Assembly (NCBI GenBank): GCA_016748015.1
Contig: JAAOMT010000617.1
Coordinates: 814,635 to 878,634, forward strand
Source of the DNA: Geosiphon pyriformis uo1
Taxonomy: Eukaryota > Fungi > Glomeromycota
Direction: 5' to 3'
DNA: 64,000 nt
The notes beneath the pieces were generated by a model. It saw only the letters and a list, made by a program, of their open reading frames with translations, searched no databases and had not been told where the DNA came from. This document shows, in pieces, positions 1 to 12,973 of the stretch. Each line of letters opens with the position of its first letter. Position 1 is the first letter of the stretch. The translations under genes were made by a program, and so were the position numbers.

Positions 1-461
1 TGAAATATAGTGTGTAGTCAATAAATAGTCCTGATGTGTAGTGTCAAATTTGTTTTTTTTCCAATAATGTCTTTAATGTTCCAGATTATTTCTTGATTGA
101 AGATTCTCTTGGATTTATCCAAATATAACTTCTAAATATCTACTTTTCATCTCAATTAATAGAAGCAGTATGATATTGAAAATTGGTCTATCTATTGGTT
201 CCAATTTTCTTTAGCCAGTTTTTCTGTTGGAACCATAGTTGTTATTTTTCCAAAAGTGTTTTTTACTTTCTCTACTATTTTATCTAACCAGTTTATTGAT
301 TGTTTCTGTAGTCGCTGGTATGGTGTATTTTTCTCTTTTTGTTTGGTGTTTTAATAACAGATTGTTTGGTTGTTAATAATAATTTTTATGTTTACTTACT
401 GTTAACTTAAAGCCTAAAACAATTGTTAAGCTAAAGTGTAAATATGGTTTGGTATTTCCAT
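1..461 (-). pseudogene. gypsy A ORF3 (unknown protein, N-terminal part)
   Basis: ATG at 461 reads MEIPNHIYTLA*QLF*ALS..., homologous to ORF3 of copies B and C. Confidence 0.7.
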
Positions 462-516
462 TTTTCTTTGTTGCTTTTATTGTATATACCATGTCTTTAT
501 ATACTCTTTTGGTTGT

Positions 517-1899
517 TCAATTTGACATGTTTAGTCCAATTATTATGATTGGTTCCAGATCTCGTAGAATCTCATCTGGTTGGACTAGTATCTTTTGTAC
601 TTCTAATTATAGAATATTACTAGTCGATAGTGACACTATATGGTAGTATGGTTTCAGTCAATCATTATATGCTGCTTTGGCTAAAATTTTGTTGTTTCAT
701 CTTAATATATAAGCTTCATTTCCTAGAATTTTTTCTATGTAAAATAGTCTGTCCTATTTGGGATCAAATTTTTTACTCCATTGTTTTTTCACTTTGGTAT
801 GATATAGAAGTACTTTGTCTCCAATCTTGAATTTGACTGGTTTATCTGGTAGTTGGTTATCATGTCTTTCTTTTTGTTTCTCTTGTGACTTTTAGATGTT
901 ATCAGCTGCTTTTTGCCATTTGTTTTCCAGTGTCTTCATTAAGTTATATGTTTTTTTCAGCAATGTTCTTTGAAAATTCTCTTCTGTTATTGGTTCTGTT
1001 GGATATGTTTTAACTTTTATCTTAACTGGTAATATTGCTGTTCTACCATATACTAATTTAAATGGTGTTGCTTGTGTAGTGTCTTGTTTCATTGTTCTGT
1101 AAGCAAATAATACTGATAATATGAACAAATCCCATTTGTCCTGATTTTCTTGGCTGATCTTTGCTATTGCTTTACACAGTATTCTGTTGAATCTTTCAAT
1201 TAACTCATTTGTTTGTAGATAGTATAATGATAATAATGGTCTTTTTATTTCAAATCTTTGACTTAGTTTTGTTAATGTTCTATTCACAAAGTAAGTTTTT
1301 TAATCTGATAATAGTTCTTTTGGATATCTGTGTTAACATATCAAATCTTGATAAACAAATTTGGCAACAGATTCTGCATCTGCTCTTTGAATGGCTTTTG
1401 TTTTTGGCCATTTAGTGAAATAATTCATGGCTATTGCAATATATCTGTTGCCTCTGCTGGTTATGGTTAATGGTCTATCTAAGTCAATTCCAATTCGATC
1501 AAATGATTGTCTCACTTTGATTGGTCTTAATAGTTCACTGGGTCTTGTTCCTCTTTTTCTCTAATAAGCATCACAATTTTGCACATATTGAATGATGTCT
1601 GGATACATTAATGACCAGTAATATCTCTTCTTGGTTCTTTCCATGGTTGTTTCTTTATAAAAATATCCTGCTGTTGGATCTGAGTGTATGTTGAATAATA
1701 TTGTCTCTTTTTCTGGTTATGTAATTACTCTGGTTGGTTAATCTGAATTTCTTTTGTTCTTTTGGTAAAGTATATTTTGATGGTTAATAAAATATTTTGA
1801 TTGTTGTTTTATGTTATTTTGTTTTTTTTGAGATAATTTCTCTTTGAACAATTGAGTATTTATATAATGTTGGAGTTGTTGATATTTTTGTATATTCAT
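517..1899 (-). pseudogene. gypsy A integrase, stand-alone ORF
   Basis: ATG at 1899 (MNIQKYQQLQHYI), HHCC remnants, core FDRIGIDL...YFTKWP, ERFNR, GPY/F-type C-terminus; ORF-track pieces 1333-1515 and 892-1287. Confidence 0.9.
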
Positions 1900-1929
1900 C
1901 TTTTGTTATATTTTTGGGTTAAAATGTTT

Positions 1930-4900
1930 TTAGATTTGTTTCATTTGTAACAAACTGTCAGCATTTCTGTTTTCTTTTCTTTTTTTATAATGTATTGTAT
2001 AATTAAATGGTAAAAGTTCTATTTTTTATCTGATATGGCAATCATTTCCAAATTCTGGCTTCTGGATTAAAGTCAATTCTTTGTGATTAGTGTACACATC
2101 AAACTTTTAATTCAAGTATTTTTTCTATTTGGTGACAGCCCAATAGATAGCTAAATGTTCTAGTATTGGAGTTCCATAGTTCTTTTCAGCTGGACTTAAG
2201 CTTTTATTAGCATAAGCTACTGGGTGTTCTCATCCATCCAGTTTTTTTTGAGATAGTACTACTTTCAATGCTTGACCCAACGCATTTGTTGTGATTATAA
2301 ATGGCTTGCTATGATCCAAGTAGATCAATACTGAAGCTTGAATAAGTTTTTTTCTTAATGTATCAAAAGCTTTTTGCTGAGTTTCAGTTCATTTATATTT
2401 GGTATTCTTTGTTTGAAATTGATGTAGTGGTTAAGCTATTTTAAAAAAGTCTTTGATAAAGCAGTGGTAGTATCCAGCAAATCCCAAGAATGCTCTTAAT
2501 TCTGTGAGATTATTTGGTACTGGAAAGTTTTTAACAATTTCAATCTTATCTGGATCCATTTTAATACCGTTTTTGCTTATAACATGTCTCAAAAACTTGA
2601 GTTCTGTTTTTTCAAAAAAACACTTGTTTGTATTTAGTTTCAATTCTGCTTATTTAAGTCTTTCAAATACTTGTTGGAAATGATGCAGATAATCATCAAA
2701 TGTTTTTGAGAACACATTGGTGTCATCCAAGTATATGACTACTAATTTTCATAGCATTCTGGTATAGACAATTTCTATAAGCTGTTGGAATGTGACTGGG
2801 GCATTCATCAAGCCAAATGACATAACCTTGAATTCAAAATTCTCTTCTTGTGTTGTAAAAGCTGTTTTCTCTTTATCTTCTGGTTTTATGGCTACTTGCT
2901 AATATCTACTGTCTAAATTTAAAGTTAAGAGCCATTTTTTTCCTCCAAAAGCATCAAACAGCTCTTGGATTTTTGGTGTTAGGTAGCTATTACTTTTGGT
3001 TACTTCATTCAGTTTCCAGTAATCCACACAAAAACAAATTTTCCCATTTTTCTTATAAACTAGTACCATTGGTAAAGACCATGAGCTCATTGATGGCTGA
3101 ATTAGCCTATTGTTAAGCATTCAATTAATCTCTTAACAAATAATTTCATGGCTGGCTAGTGGTACTCTGTATGCTCTTTGTTTGATTGGCATCATGTCTT
3201 TAGTCTTTATTTAATACTAGATTATGTTAGTGCTGCCAAATTTGTTTTTGCTGGCAAAAATATTATTGAAGTTGTTGAGTAACATCTTGAGTTGTATATG
3301 TTGTTACTCATAGAAATATAAGAAATATATTAGCATCAGTAGTAGCCAATTAAAAGTAGGCATAGTAAATGGAGAATTTCAGGATTCCTCTCAGGAATTG
3401 CAGGATTCCAGGAATTTCAGGATTCTCTGATGAGAAATTGCAGGATTCCAGAATTCCAGGATTTCTGTCATGAAGAATCAAGGAATTAAAAAATCTCAAT
3501 TATGTATATATAGCAGCAGGATTAGAAGCTGAAAAAGACAGACCTCCCAGTTTAGATTTAATCTAAGCAACATTCCAGTTCCCAATTATTAAATAAATAA
3601 TTATTCCATATCTCAACCTACTCTCTACTATCAACACTTCATGTTAATAGTAATTGATACTTAACCATGCTGGAACAATAGCTCTTGATCATGGCTATTG
3701 ATGAGATACTAATGTACCAAATTGCCTTGGCTTATTTTCTCCATTTTTTTTATTTTATTTTCTTTATTTTTGATTTTGTTGTTGTATACTAATTGATTAA
3801 AAGATTAAGCACTGAGTTATTGATGTCAAGGATAGCCTGGTAAAAGACCCAAAAATAAGGGTAGGATTTTATATATTATCGGATAGCTTACCAGAAGGGC
3901 ATGATTGCTAGACTAAATCCGGCCACCACACTGAGAAAGAAATTGGGAAACTCTTGAAAGATACATTTACTATCAACACTATTGAATCTCTGTTCATTAT
4001 ACAAAGAACTCCATCAAAATCTTCTGATACAACACTTGCAGAACCTCATCCATGGAAGTAGCTTTTGAGCACCAAGTTACAGGTTTGTTATTTAATTCAA
4101 CAGTAGAAATAGTCCCTTGTAACAATGTTGTAGTGGGTCTAGATTTCCTAAGTTCATCTGTTTCAATTGTTTTGGTTGGAACAGATAACATTCTTCTCAT
4201 TTGTATATTGTTTAAGATGTGATATTTACATATCCACACAGTTGTGAAAAGTTTAAAATGGTATTTGGTGGCTGGTCCTCAATTTCAATGGTTAGATATC
4301 CAATGGTGGTTCTTTTTGCTATCTCGATGGTATTTCTCGTGTTGTTGTAAATGAAAATTTTGATGTGACTGTAGTTCTTGGCTGGTATGTATAGATTAAC
4401 TAATCCAATTTCTCCTGATTTACAAAGTGTTGCTTTTGCCTCAAAAATTTGAATCTGATCCTTTATTTTTCTTTCTATGACTACCATGTACTAATCATAT
4501 GATAAAATAGAAATTGATTGATAGGTGGAGATAATTTCTCTCTTGTTAGCAATTTCTTCTTTTGCCATATTAACTGGTATATCTATTCTGTTCATGGATC
4601 TGAAATCCTGTATCTTTCTAGCTGTAATTCCTAATTTTTCTCTGTTTCTTACTAATACTAATTAAGCTATTTTAACCAGAGACAGAAATATTGTCTGTGC
4701 TATCTTTTTGTTTGGATCTATAATGTAGGCCTTTTCTGAGTCATTTTGTAGTATTGTAATAATATTTCCTACATATTCTGCATTAATTATTCTTTCTTTA
4801 ATATTGATTTCTTTTTTTGCTAAGCTATTCCTAGATGCTAGTTGAACCATTGTAATTGCTAGAATTTCTAGTACTATTTTGAGATCAATGCAAGTGTGCT

Positions 4901-7900
4901 AATATGGTTCTAATTTGATGGCATCTTGTTTCAGATATCTTAAATCAAACTCTGCATTAGTATCATGCACTTGTTTTGGCATGATGTCTTCATTGTTATC
5001 ACTGAACCATTTAAGTTTCTGTTCTTTGGAGAGATCAGAAAGAGCAATGTATGTTTTGGGGTTTAAATCGGAGTACAAATTGTCATTATTTCCATTGCCG
5101 TTTTGAATAGAACTGGAATTATTGTTTTTATTGTCATTGTCAGAATTTGAATTGGGATTGAAAGTTGATTCCGATTCTAATACACAGCTGCTAATTGGTT
5201 TGTCTTTTTCTGGAATCGTGTAAATCATACATGGTAGTGGATTGTAAATGAAGTCACACTCATTACAATATTGGAAGTCACATGGAATCAAACAATGGTC
5301 ACATAGTTTTGTGTTTATTTCTTTTAACTATTGTTCTTGTTCTTCTCTAGTGAATGCTAATTCTTGGTAGTGCTTGTAGAATTGTTTTGGGTCTATAGAC
5401 TCTAGGATAATATCTGAGTTTGGGCCCCAGTCAAGTTTTATGAGTTCTGGTGAGTTGTTTTTGATTGTTCTTATTTCTTCTGGTGATGTTCCTTCAATTT
5501 TGGCGAGAGCCATTCACCAAATTTCATCATCATTATGTGGACATCTATCTAACTGTTTTACTGCTCTCTTCCAAGCTGCTTCTATTGGTGTTTCTTTTCT
5601 TATCCAGTCACTTATTAGGATTGTGTACTGATACAATTTGTTACATGTTTCTCTTCTCCTAGGAATGTTGTTCCACATTCTTTTGTCAAGAAGAGTTTCA
5701 CCACAAGCCAAACATGATTTGTTGTCCTATTTTTCTTGTTTTTTTGGTTATCCAAACCATTCAATGATGCATGGGTGACAATAGAATTTAGTTGCCATTG
5801 GCCATTCTTCATTGTCACCATAGCATGCATCCATTGTGAACAATTTCTTGTCACAGTCAATGTATACTAGTTTCAGTTGGTGATAGTTAGATGGTGGTAG
5901 TGTGGTATAGGTGTAGGAAATATGAGTGGTGGTGGTGGTGGTGATTGGTGCTGGCTTTTCTTCTTTCCTTTTTCCTTTTCTTTTTGTATTTTCTTCCTAC
6001 TTTCAAGTTGGCATCAGTTTAATATCATTGTTGTTAATCCACCATGTTTGGTCGGCATTTTTGATAGGTTTCTCCTTTTTTTTCCCTTTCTATTGTCATT
6101 TCAGAATAGTACTGGTGGCAACTCATTGTGCTCAATGTCAGTTTAGGAAACTTGGTAGGCTTCTCAGGTAAGTTTTTTTTTTCTTCTTCTAATTCGATGA
6201 GTGACTTGTTATGGATAGTAGTCTTAAAATAACTACAAGTAGCTGGCACATGTGTGTGGTGGCCATTTTGGCTGATCTGCAGTTCTTGGATGTTCCAGTC
6301 AAGCACAGTATTGGTTTTAAACAGCCAGTCATTTCCAACAAGAGCTTGGTACTGAGTTGCTTCCATTACCAATACCTTGATTAGTATTATGATACTGTTA
6401 ACTTCAAATGAGAAGTCACCTATTTCACCAATTGGAGTTTTGGTTGGTTCATTAGCAGTTATAATTTTGGCATGGTAGTACAATCAACTTGGTGACCTAA
6501 TTGGTCCATGAGTTGTTGTGTGATAATGCTGTCTGCTGATTCACTATCAAGAATGAGCTTGATAGAATGACCATCGACTTTGGCATCAGTGTACATAGTG
6601 GTGATTGGTTTTTTCTCAAGTACAGCTCTACTGAACAAGGGCATGGATGTCAGTTTCTCAAGTTCAAATGGAAAGATAACTGTAAGTGATTTGTTGTTGG
6701 TAACAGTGGCTGGAGATATGTTGCTGGTGAATAGTTGTTTTTAGTTGAGTTCTGTGTTGTTGGATGAGGCATCTTCTGAAGTTACCAGAAGACTTAAATA
6801 GTTTTGGAAACTCAGGTTTTGTGTATACCCAGTTCCTAAACTCTACTGGTATGATTCTAATGACTGGTTTGAGGAGCTGAGAATTAGTTAGTAAACAACC
6901 ATTGCCAATTTCCAGTTTTAGGTGACTTTGGATCTGGAATTTTCTGATGTTATTTGAGTTAAGTTTGGGGTTGAGATTGTTGGTGTCTGATAGATTACTT
7001 GTGGCTGTAGTGGTTGATAAATTATGGATGTTGTTGGTTAATAAATTGATGCTGGAAACTAATATACTGGAAGTAAATATAATTGCTGTGTCATTAGGGT
7101 TTAATAAATTGGCTGCATTACTGAAGAGTAATGTAATTAAGGTTGGTATTATTTTGGTAATTAATTACTGACATAATTCTAAGTTTGAAGTCAGCAATCA
7201 GAGTTTCAATACTGATTAGATGATCTTAGGTTGCTTATCTTTTTTCAATATTCAAATTGCAAATGTCCTTGTTTACTATAATAGTGGCATATACACATTT
7301 CCTGCTGCCACTGGTGATTGGTCACTGATACTGGATGTGGTTGATTTTGGGTGCAATTAGAGTTTCCTTGATTATTGCATTATTGAGGAGGTTGATAAAT
7401 TGCCTGATTGTTGTTAACTAAGTATCTCTCTAATTTCTGATTGATTGATTCACTAAATTGTTTCAATTTAGAATCCAAGTTAGATGATCCATTCATCATT
7501 AAATTTATGGCTTGGACATGGTTAGCTTTGAGTTCAGCTGCTTTAAAATTTCTGGTGTTTATAACTGCAGCTTGAAGGTCTGCTGGATGCATTGGACATA
7601 TGTATTAGAGAATGCTACTGTGCAGACCTCTAATAAATTGGTTTAAGATTTGTGGCGCTGTGAAATAATCAGTCTGTATGGCCTGAATCTGGTGCAAATT
7701 TCTGTAAAAGTGTCCCAAATAAGTGGTAACTGCTTCATTTTCTCTTTGTTTGATGGTGATGAAAGTGTTGACCAATTAGTTGATGCTATTATTATTGCTA
7801 AAATATTGTAGGAATGCAAGTTTGAATGTATTGAAATCTTGAGGCTTGTTAACCAAGCTTTAATATTAAGAGTTGGTGATATTCTAGAGAAAATATGAAA

Positions 7901-8942
7901 TGGTTTACATGACTCTAGTGTCATTCTATCCATTGGCTGTGATGGCTTTTTCAACATTATTTAGCCACACTTGGGTGCTATTTTTTTTGTCTATGAACTT
8001 TTCAAGCTTTGCTATTGGAGCATAGGCTATTGGATCCAAGTTTGGTTGTTGTGGTGGTTGAAAAAATAATTGTTGGGGTAGTATTGGCAGCTGTTAAAGT
8101 TGTTCAACAATCAGATTAATTGGTTGTTAATTGATGACAATTTCTGCAGGTAAGTTTTCCTGATTAATTAATTCGGGGTTTGGATTATTCAGAATTTGTT
8201 GGGTTTGAATATTCGAAGTTTCAATTTCCAGATTTTCTGCAATCAGATTTTGATAATTAAATTCTTGATCTTCTTCTTCCTCTTCTTTTGATGCTGTTAT
8301 TTCCCAAAAACTTGTGGTTCCGAAATTGGGTAGAGGTGGTAGTGATTAAAATTCTGATGGCATTGACAATTGTGATTTAAATTCTTCAAAATAATCACCA
8401 TAGGTTCTTAATAATTCTGCTTTCTTTTGTTTATTTTGAAATGGTAGTTGTTCAAATATTGATGTTATGTTTAATATAGATACATCTGTTGATGTAATGT
8501 TGATGGTACTTATGGGTGTGTGATAATATGATGAATATAGTAGAGATTCAATTCTTTGTTTCTTCCACGTTGGTAATTGTATTCTTTTTGGTATTGCTGT
8601 AGGTGTTTGTAATTTTTTTTTACTCTTATCTGTATAGATAATGGAGAATTGTTGTTGAATGTATCTTTCAATTTCTTGATTAATTTCTTTGATGATTGGT
8701 GTGAAACTGTAATTTCTTGGTAAGCTGGTATGTTAGATTAATTCCATATAGAAATTTTTTCTTGTTGATTCAATGTCAACTGGTCTTCTTAGAAAATCCG
8801 TGATTCTCTTATTAATGTAAAAGTTAAAAGCTGATTCTGCTGAATAATAGTTGTTGGTTAAGTCCAATTGTTGGCTGTATTGTTGAAATAAGGATTTAGC
8901 AAATCCTAAATGGTTTGTCTCTATTATTTCTGATTCTGCCAC
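1930..8942 (-). pseudogene. gypsy A gag-PR-Cys-rich-dUTPase-RT-RNase H polyprotein (interrupted by solo LTR 3302-4124)
   Basis: ORF fragments 8733-8942, 7380-7592, 6459-6644, 6034-6483, 5514-5711, 4899-5291, 4662-4850, 2899-3120, 2431-2643. Confidence 0.9.
3302..4124 (+). mobile_element. Solo LTR of the same gypsy family, opposite orientation, 4-bp TSD ATGT
   Basis: TGTTAC...TGTAACA termini; ATGT at 3298-3301 and 4125-4128; removing it restores the sequence seen uninterrupted in copy B near 43690-43720. Confidence 0.95.
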
Positions 8943-8985
8943 TTTTGGATGATTGTTGTTGGTGCTGGTTTTCTGTAGAATTATA

Positions 8986-9002
8986 CCTCATAGGGAGCAT
9001 TA
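8986..9002 (-). promoter_or_regulatory. Primer-binding site of gypsy A (mutated)
   Basis: TAATGCTCCCTATGAGG next to the 5' LTR; G>A-mutated form of TGGTGCT(C/T)CCTGTGAGG seen in copy C. Confidence 0.75.
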
Positions 9003-9004
9003 AA

Positions 9005-9815
9005 TATTACAGATGATTATTTGGGATCTCAAATCAAATAACAAATTTGTAACTTGGTGCTTAATTGATAGTTTGATAATATTAGTTTCTAAAAGTTTGG
9101 TTGATCTGAAAGTTTTAATAGTCTGAAGATAGTGTGTTTGAGTTCTTTGTATAATGGACAGAAATTCAATGCTTGTTTTCCTTAGTAGCCTCCCAAAATT
9201 GCAATTCCATCAAATTTTTTTCTCAGTATGGTGGTCAGTAATCTGGCAGAGATGCTCTTTTGGTAAGCTATTCTTAAATTCTCAATGTTATACTTTTCCT
9301 TGGGGTCTTTTACCAGGCTATCCTTAATATCAATAATTTAGCACTTTTACTCTTTAATCAATTAATAAAACAAAAAAAATAACAAAAGAAAATAAAAAAA
9401 AATAAAAAAAATAAGCCAAGACAATAGATGTTAGTATTCTGTTAATAGCCATAATCAAGAGCTATTGTTCCAGTGTGGTTAAGTATCAATTACTATCAAC
9501 ATGAAATGTTGATAATGGAAAGTGAATTGAGATAGTGAATAATTATTTATTGATATTTGTGAATAAAAGATTGCTTAGATCAAATCTAAACTGAGAAATC
9601 TGTCTTTTTTTTTTCTAATGCTACTGCTATATATACATAATTAATGTTCTATAAGATCGCTCACATTTCCAAGCAATGTGCTATAATTTCTTGAGCAATG
9701 TCTTCTAATTTTCTAACATTACTTCACATTATTAAGCAATGTACTTACGTGCTAACTACTATTTTTCTATTGGTCTACTATTTTTTATATCTGTTTTTCC
9801 TTTTTATGAGTAACA
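9005..9815 (-). repeat. 5' LTR of gypsy A
   Basis: TGTTACTCAT start on the - strand, TATA-like tatatatagcag, conserved LTR hairpin, CAATGTGC U3 repeats. Confidence 0.9.
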
Positions 9816-10380
9816 ACAGATATGCTATTTCCAATCCAAATAGTATTATTCATGAAAGCTCCAGCTGTCAAAAAGAACATCTTGCCACTTTTAGAATTCT
9901 GCTTGCTGGATTTAATAAAAAACTTTGAATCTAACTTGTATCTATACAGATCCTTATGTTTTTTAACTTTATAGAGTAAGAAATCATAGAAAATTCTCCA
10001 TAATAGTGGCAAAAAAATCTCTTCTTGATCCAAACTATTATAAACATTATACTTATTTATAAGGCCAAAATTTGTTATAATTTGATTGACACAGCCATTG
10101 TAAATATTTCCAAAAAACTCAATGAAGTAGAAGCATATCTTAATCTTAGTCAGACTATTCTGTAAGTAAAACCACCCAACAGAATTATATGTCTTTTACA
10201 TGTCCTGAAAAACCAGTCACAGCTCTCTATTTTTCTTCAGCACATTCTCAATTATTAAACTGACAGCAAAGATTGGAGTATGAGTTGATATACCTTTAAG
10301 AACCGAGAAGTTATTTCCATGTAAAACATCAAACTTGCTACAGACCAAAGAAATCCTATCTGACAAAATTTTTGACAAGT
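9816..10380 (-). mobile_element. LINE reverse transcriptase fragment (host of gypsy A)
   Basis: ORF 9785-10033 DQEEIFLPLLWRIFYD...AFMNNTIWIG, homologous to the LINE RT at 35475-36491; truncated by the LTR at 9815. Confidence 0.85.
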
Positions 10381-11002
10381 TTTTTTAAATTCATAAATAA
10401 CCAATATTTTTATTATAATATATTTTTTTAATTATCAAAAAATTAATATTTAAAATTTAAAATTTTTTAATAAGTATTTACACTTTTTTTAATAATTTTA
10501 AAATTAATTCAAATTCTGTTCAAATTTATAATACAGCAAAAAAAAATACAATTTTTTTTTCATGTTAAAATTTAAAAATTCAAAAAAACTATCTATTTTA
10601 TTAATATTAAACTATTTTGCTTTGAAAATATTATTTTAAAATTCAAAAAATATTATTTTTATTATTAGTATTGTAATTATTACTAATTAATAAAAAAATG
10701 CTTATATTTTTATACATATTAGTTTTTATATTAAAAAATTGCTTAAAATTATTTAATATTACTAATTAAAGTCTTTTGTTTTTACTTAAAAATATTATTT
10801 ATACAATTATACAAAAATTTAGTTGCCAATTTTTTTAATTATATTATCACTAGTAATAATAATTAGTTTTAAAACAAAAAGTAAAAAATTTTTAAAATTT
10901 ATTTTTTTTATAGTAACTAATAAAGTTTTAACAAAAAAAATCACTGTTATTAAAGCAATTAAACAAAATATCTTGGCAATATTTTTTAAATATAAAAAAC
11001 TG

Positions 11003-12925
11003 CAGTGTCCTGGGACATTTGTTCTCTCACAGGTCTTATGACTTGCAGGTTCTGTGCTAGGCGTCTTGTTTATCTATTGAGTTTTTCTGTGCGTATTTAT
11101 GTCAGTTCTTTCAATAACTTTCTGGTGGGCATAATTTGCATTCTTCTTAATTGTGGTTTGTCCCTGGATGACTTTTTGGCCAATTTCTTTTGGTTTTATG
11201 GAGGGGTCTCTATGTCTGCTGTTCTGGGTGAGTTACAGTTTCTCAGGTTTTTTCCTTCTCTCTGATGGTATGGTGTTGCCTTTGTGGACCAACTTCATGA
11301 TCATCATGGTTCTGTTTTTGATTGGCACACCTTTAAGCATTGGAAAAGATTAGACTCTTGTGGCTTTGTTTCTGAATGGTTTAAGCTTTTTGTTGCATTT
11401 TTCAATGGTAAAAGTTTTTCTTTCATTCATCTCTCAGTTTCAAATGGGGCTGGTTCTTTGAACATTCTTGAATCTAGTGATTTTGTTTTTGTCTGTGATT
11501 GTCTTTTGCAAGTTGGTGCTGACAGTTTGTCAGTATATACAGATGGGTCCCTTAGTAATCTGGGCACAGTTGGTTGTAGAACTGGCACTACTGTATTTTT
11601 TAAGGACATTGATTTGAGTTTGGATGTCAGTGTATTGGGTTTGATATCATTCACTTTGGCAGAGTTACAGGCTATTGTGCTGGCTCTGGAGTGTGTTTCC
11701 CTACTGAGCTCTGTTAAACTGTTTTCAGATAGTCAATCTGCTTTAGATGTCTGTAAGTCTGAATTAGGTTTGGTGTGTTCTGACTTTTGTAATCAGTATT
11801 GGGTTGAACGTTATCATATTGTCAATGTTATTTACAATAAGAATTTGAAGATCAGTTGGCATAAAGTTAAAAGCCACTTTGGCATTTTGGGAAATAAGTG
11901 TGCTAATATGATTGCTGGTGATGCCTCTCTTTCTGGTTGGTATTTTTCTCATTACTTGGATGAAAAATTCATAGTGGTTGATAGTAGTGTAGTTTCTGGT
12001 AATTCTAGACATTTTGTACATGATATTTATTGTTTGGTTTGTTGTGTGCACTGAAAGGTTGGTTCTGGTTCCAAGTTTTTGGCAGGTGGTTTGCTTTCTG
12101 AGATTGACTGGCTCCATTCATCTTTGATTTGATACCCCAACTTGCACATGGCTGCTGGTTTCACCAGCAGACCCTTGGCTAATGTCCGCTTTTATTTTAT
12201 AAAGGCTTTATACCACCAGCTGTCAGTTGCTGTTCGAAAGTGCCTTTATAATAAACTATATCTGACTATGTTGTACTTATATTATGGCAATGTAGAAGTA
12301 TCAGATCATGTGTTTTCTTGCAAGATTGATGACTTTGTCTGACGTTAATTGTTGGAATCCTATATGGACTTCTGGAAGGTGATCTCTGGTTTCTCTTATT
12401 CATCTTTGGACATACTACAAATGTTGTCTTCATGTGTTTCTGACTTTTTTTTGGCTATGGCTTTTTATAAGAATTTCGTTTTTAATAATTGGTTTTGTGA
12501 AATGGTCACCATTTTTTGCAATCTCAAGGTTGCTGGTTCTGAGATTGTCAAATTTGTGTGCTCTCTTAGTCTTAATTTTAGGAGTGATGTTTGGTTAGTT
12601 CATGCTAAACATTGTGCTTATATGGAAAAAAATGGGTTAATTCCCCTTGATGGTTTAGTTCTTGTCTCGGTTTCTGGTTTGGTCTCTGAGTTGTTGGCTG
12701 GAGTGATCAAATTGCTTAGTATTGCCAATGTTTTTAGTGTTTGTTTTGGCTTTCACAAATCTTGTTTGTTTTTTTTAGGTATAAGTAACTTAGTTTTAGT
12801 TTACATAGTTGCATAGTGTTGTTCTGATTGGCCTGAGTGGCTGGTCATGTATAAAAAGTACATGATTCACACCTAGTTTAGATTATTTCTTTAATGTATA
12901 GCACTAGGTAGTGTTTGACCCTCAC

Positions 12926-12970
<45 letters not shown>
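11003..12970 (+). mobile_element. 5'-truncated LINE (RNase H, Zn-finger remnant, 3' UTR, poly-A) with probable TSD AAAAAACTG
   Basis: RNase H motifs VYTDGS, AELQAI, DSQSA, KVKSH in ORF 11284-12054; ORF2 stop 12816; poly-A 12930-12970; AAAAAACTG at 10994-11002 and 12965-12973. Confidence 0.92.
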
Positions 12971-12972
<2 letters not shown>

Positions 12973-12973
12973 G

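Larger units (their letters stand above)
1..9815 (-). mobile_element. Ty3/gypsy LTR retrotransposon copy A (3' end outside the window), decayed; inserted into a LINE RT and carrying a solo LTR
   Basis: 5' LTR 9005-9815, PBS, gag fragments, protease LILDSES, dUTPase, RT (VVILDDTNVF-like YLDD region), RNase H, integrase fragments; collinear with copies B and C; many premature stops. Confidence 0.95.
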
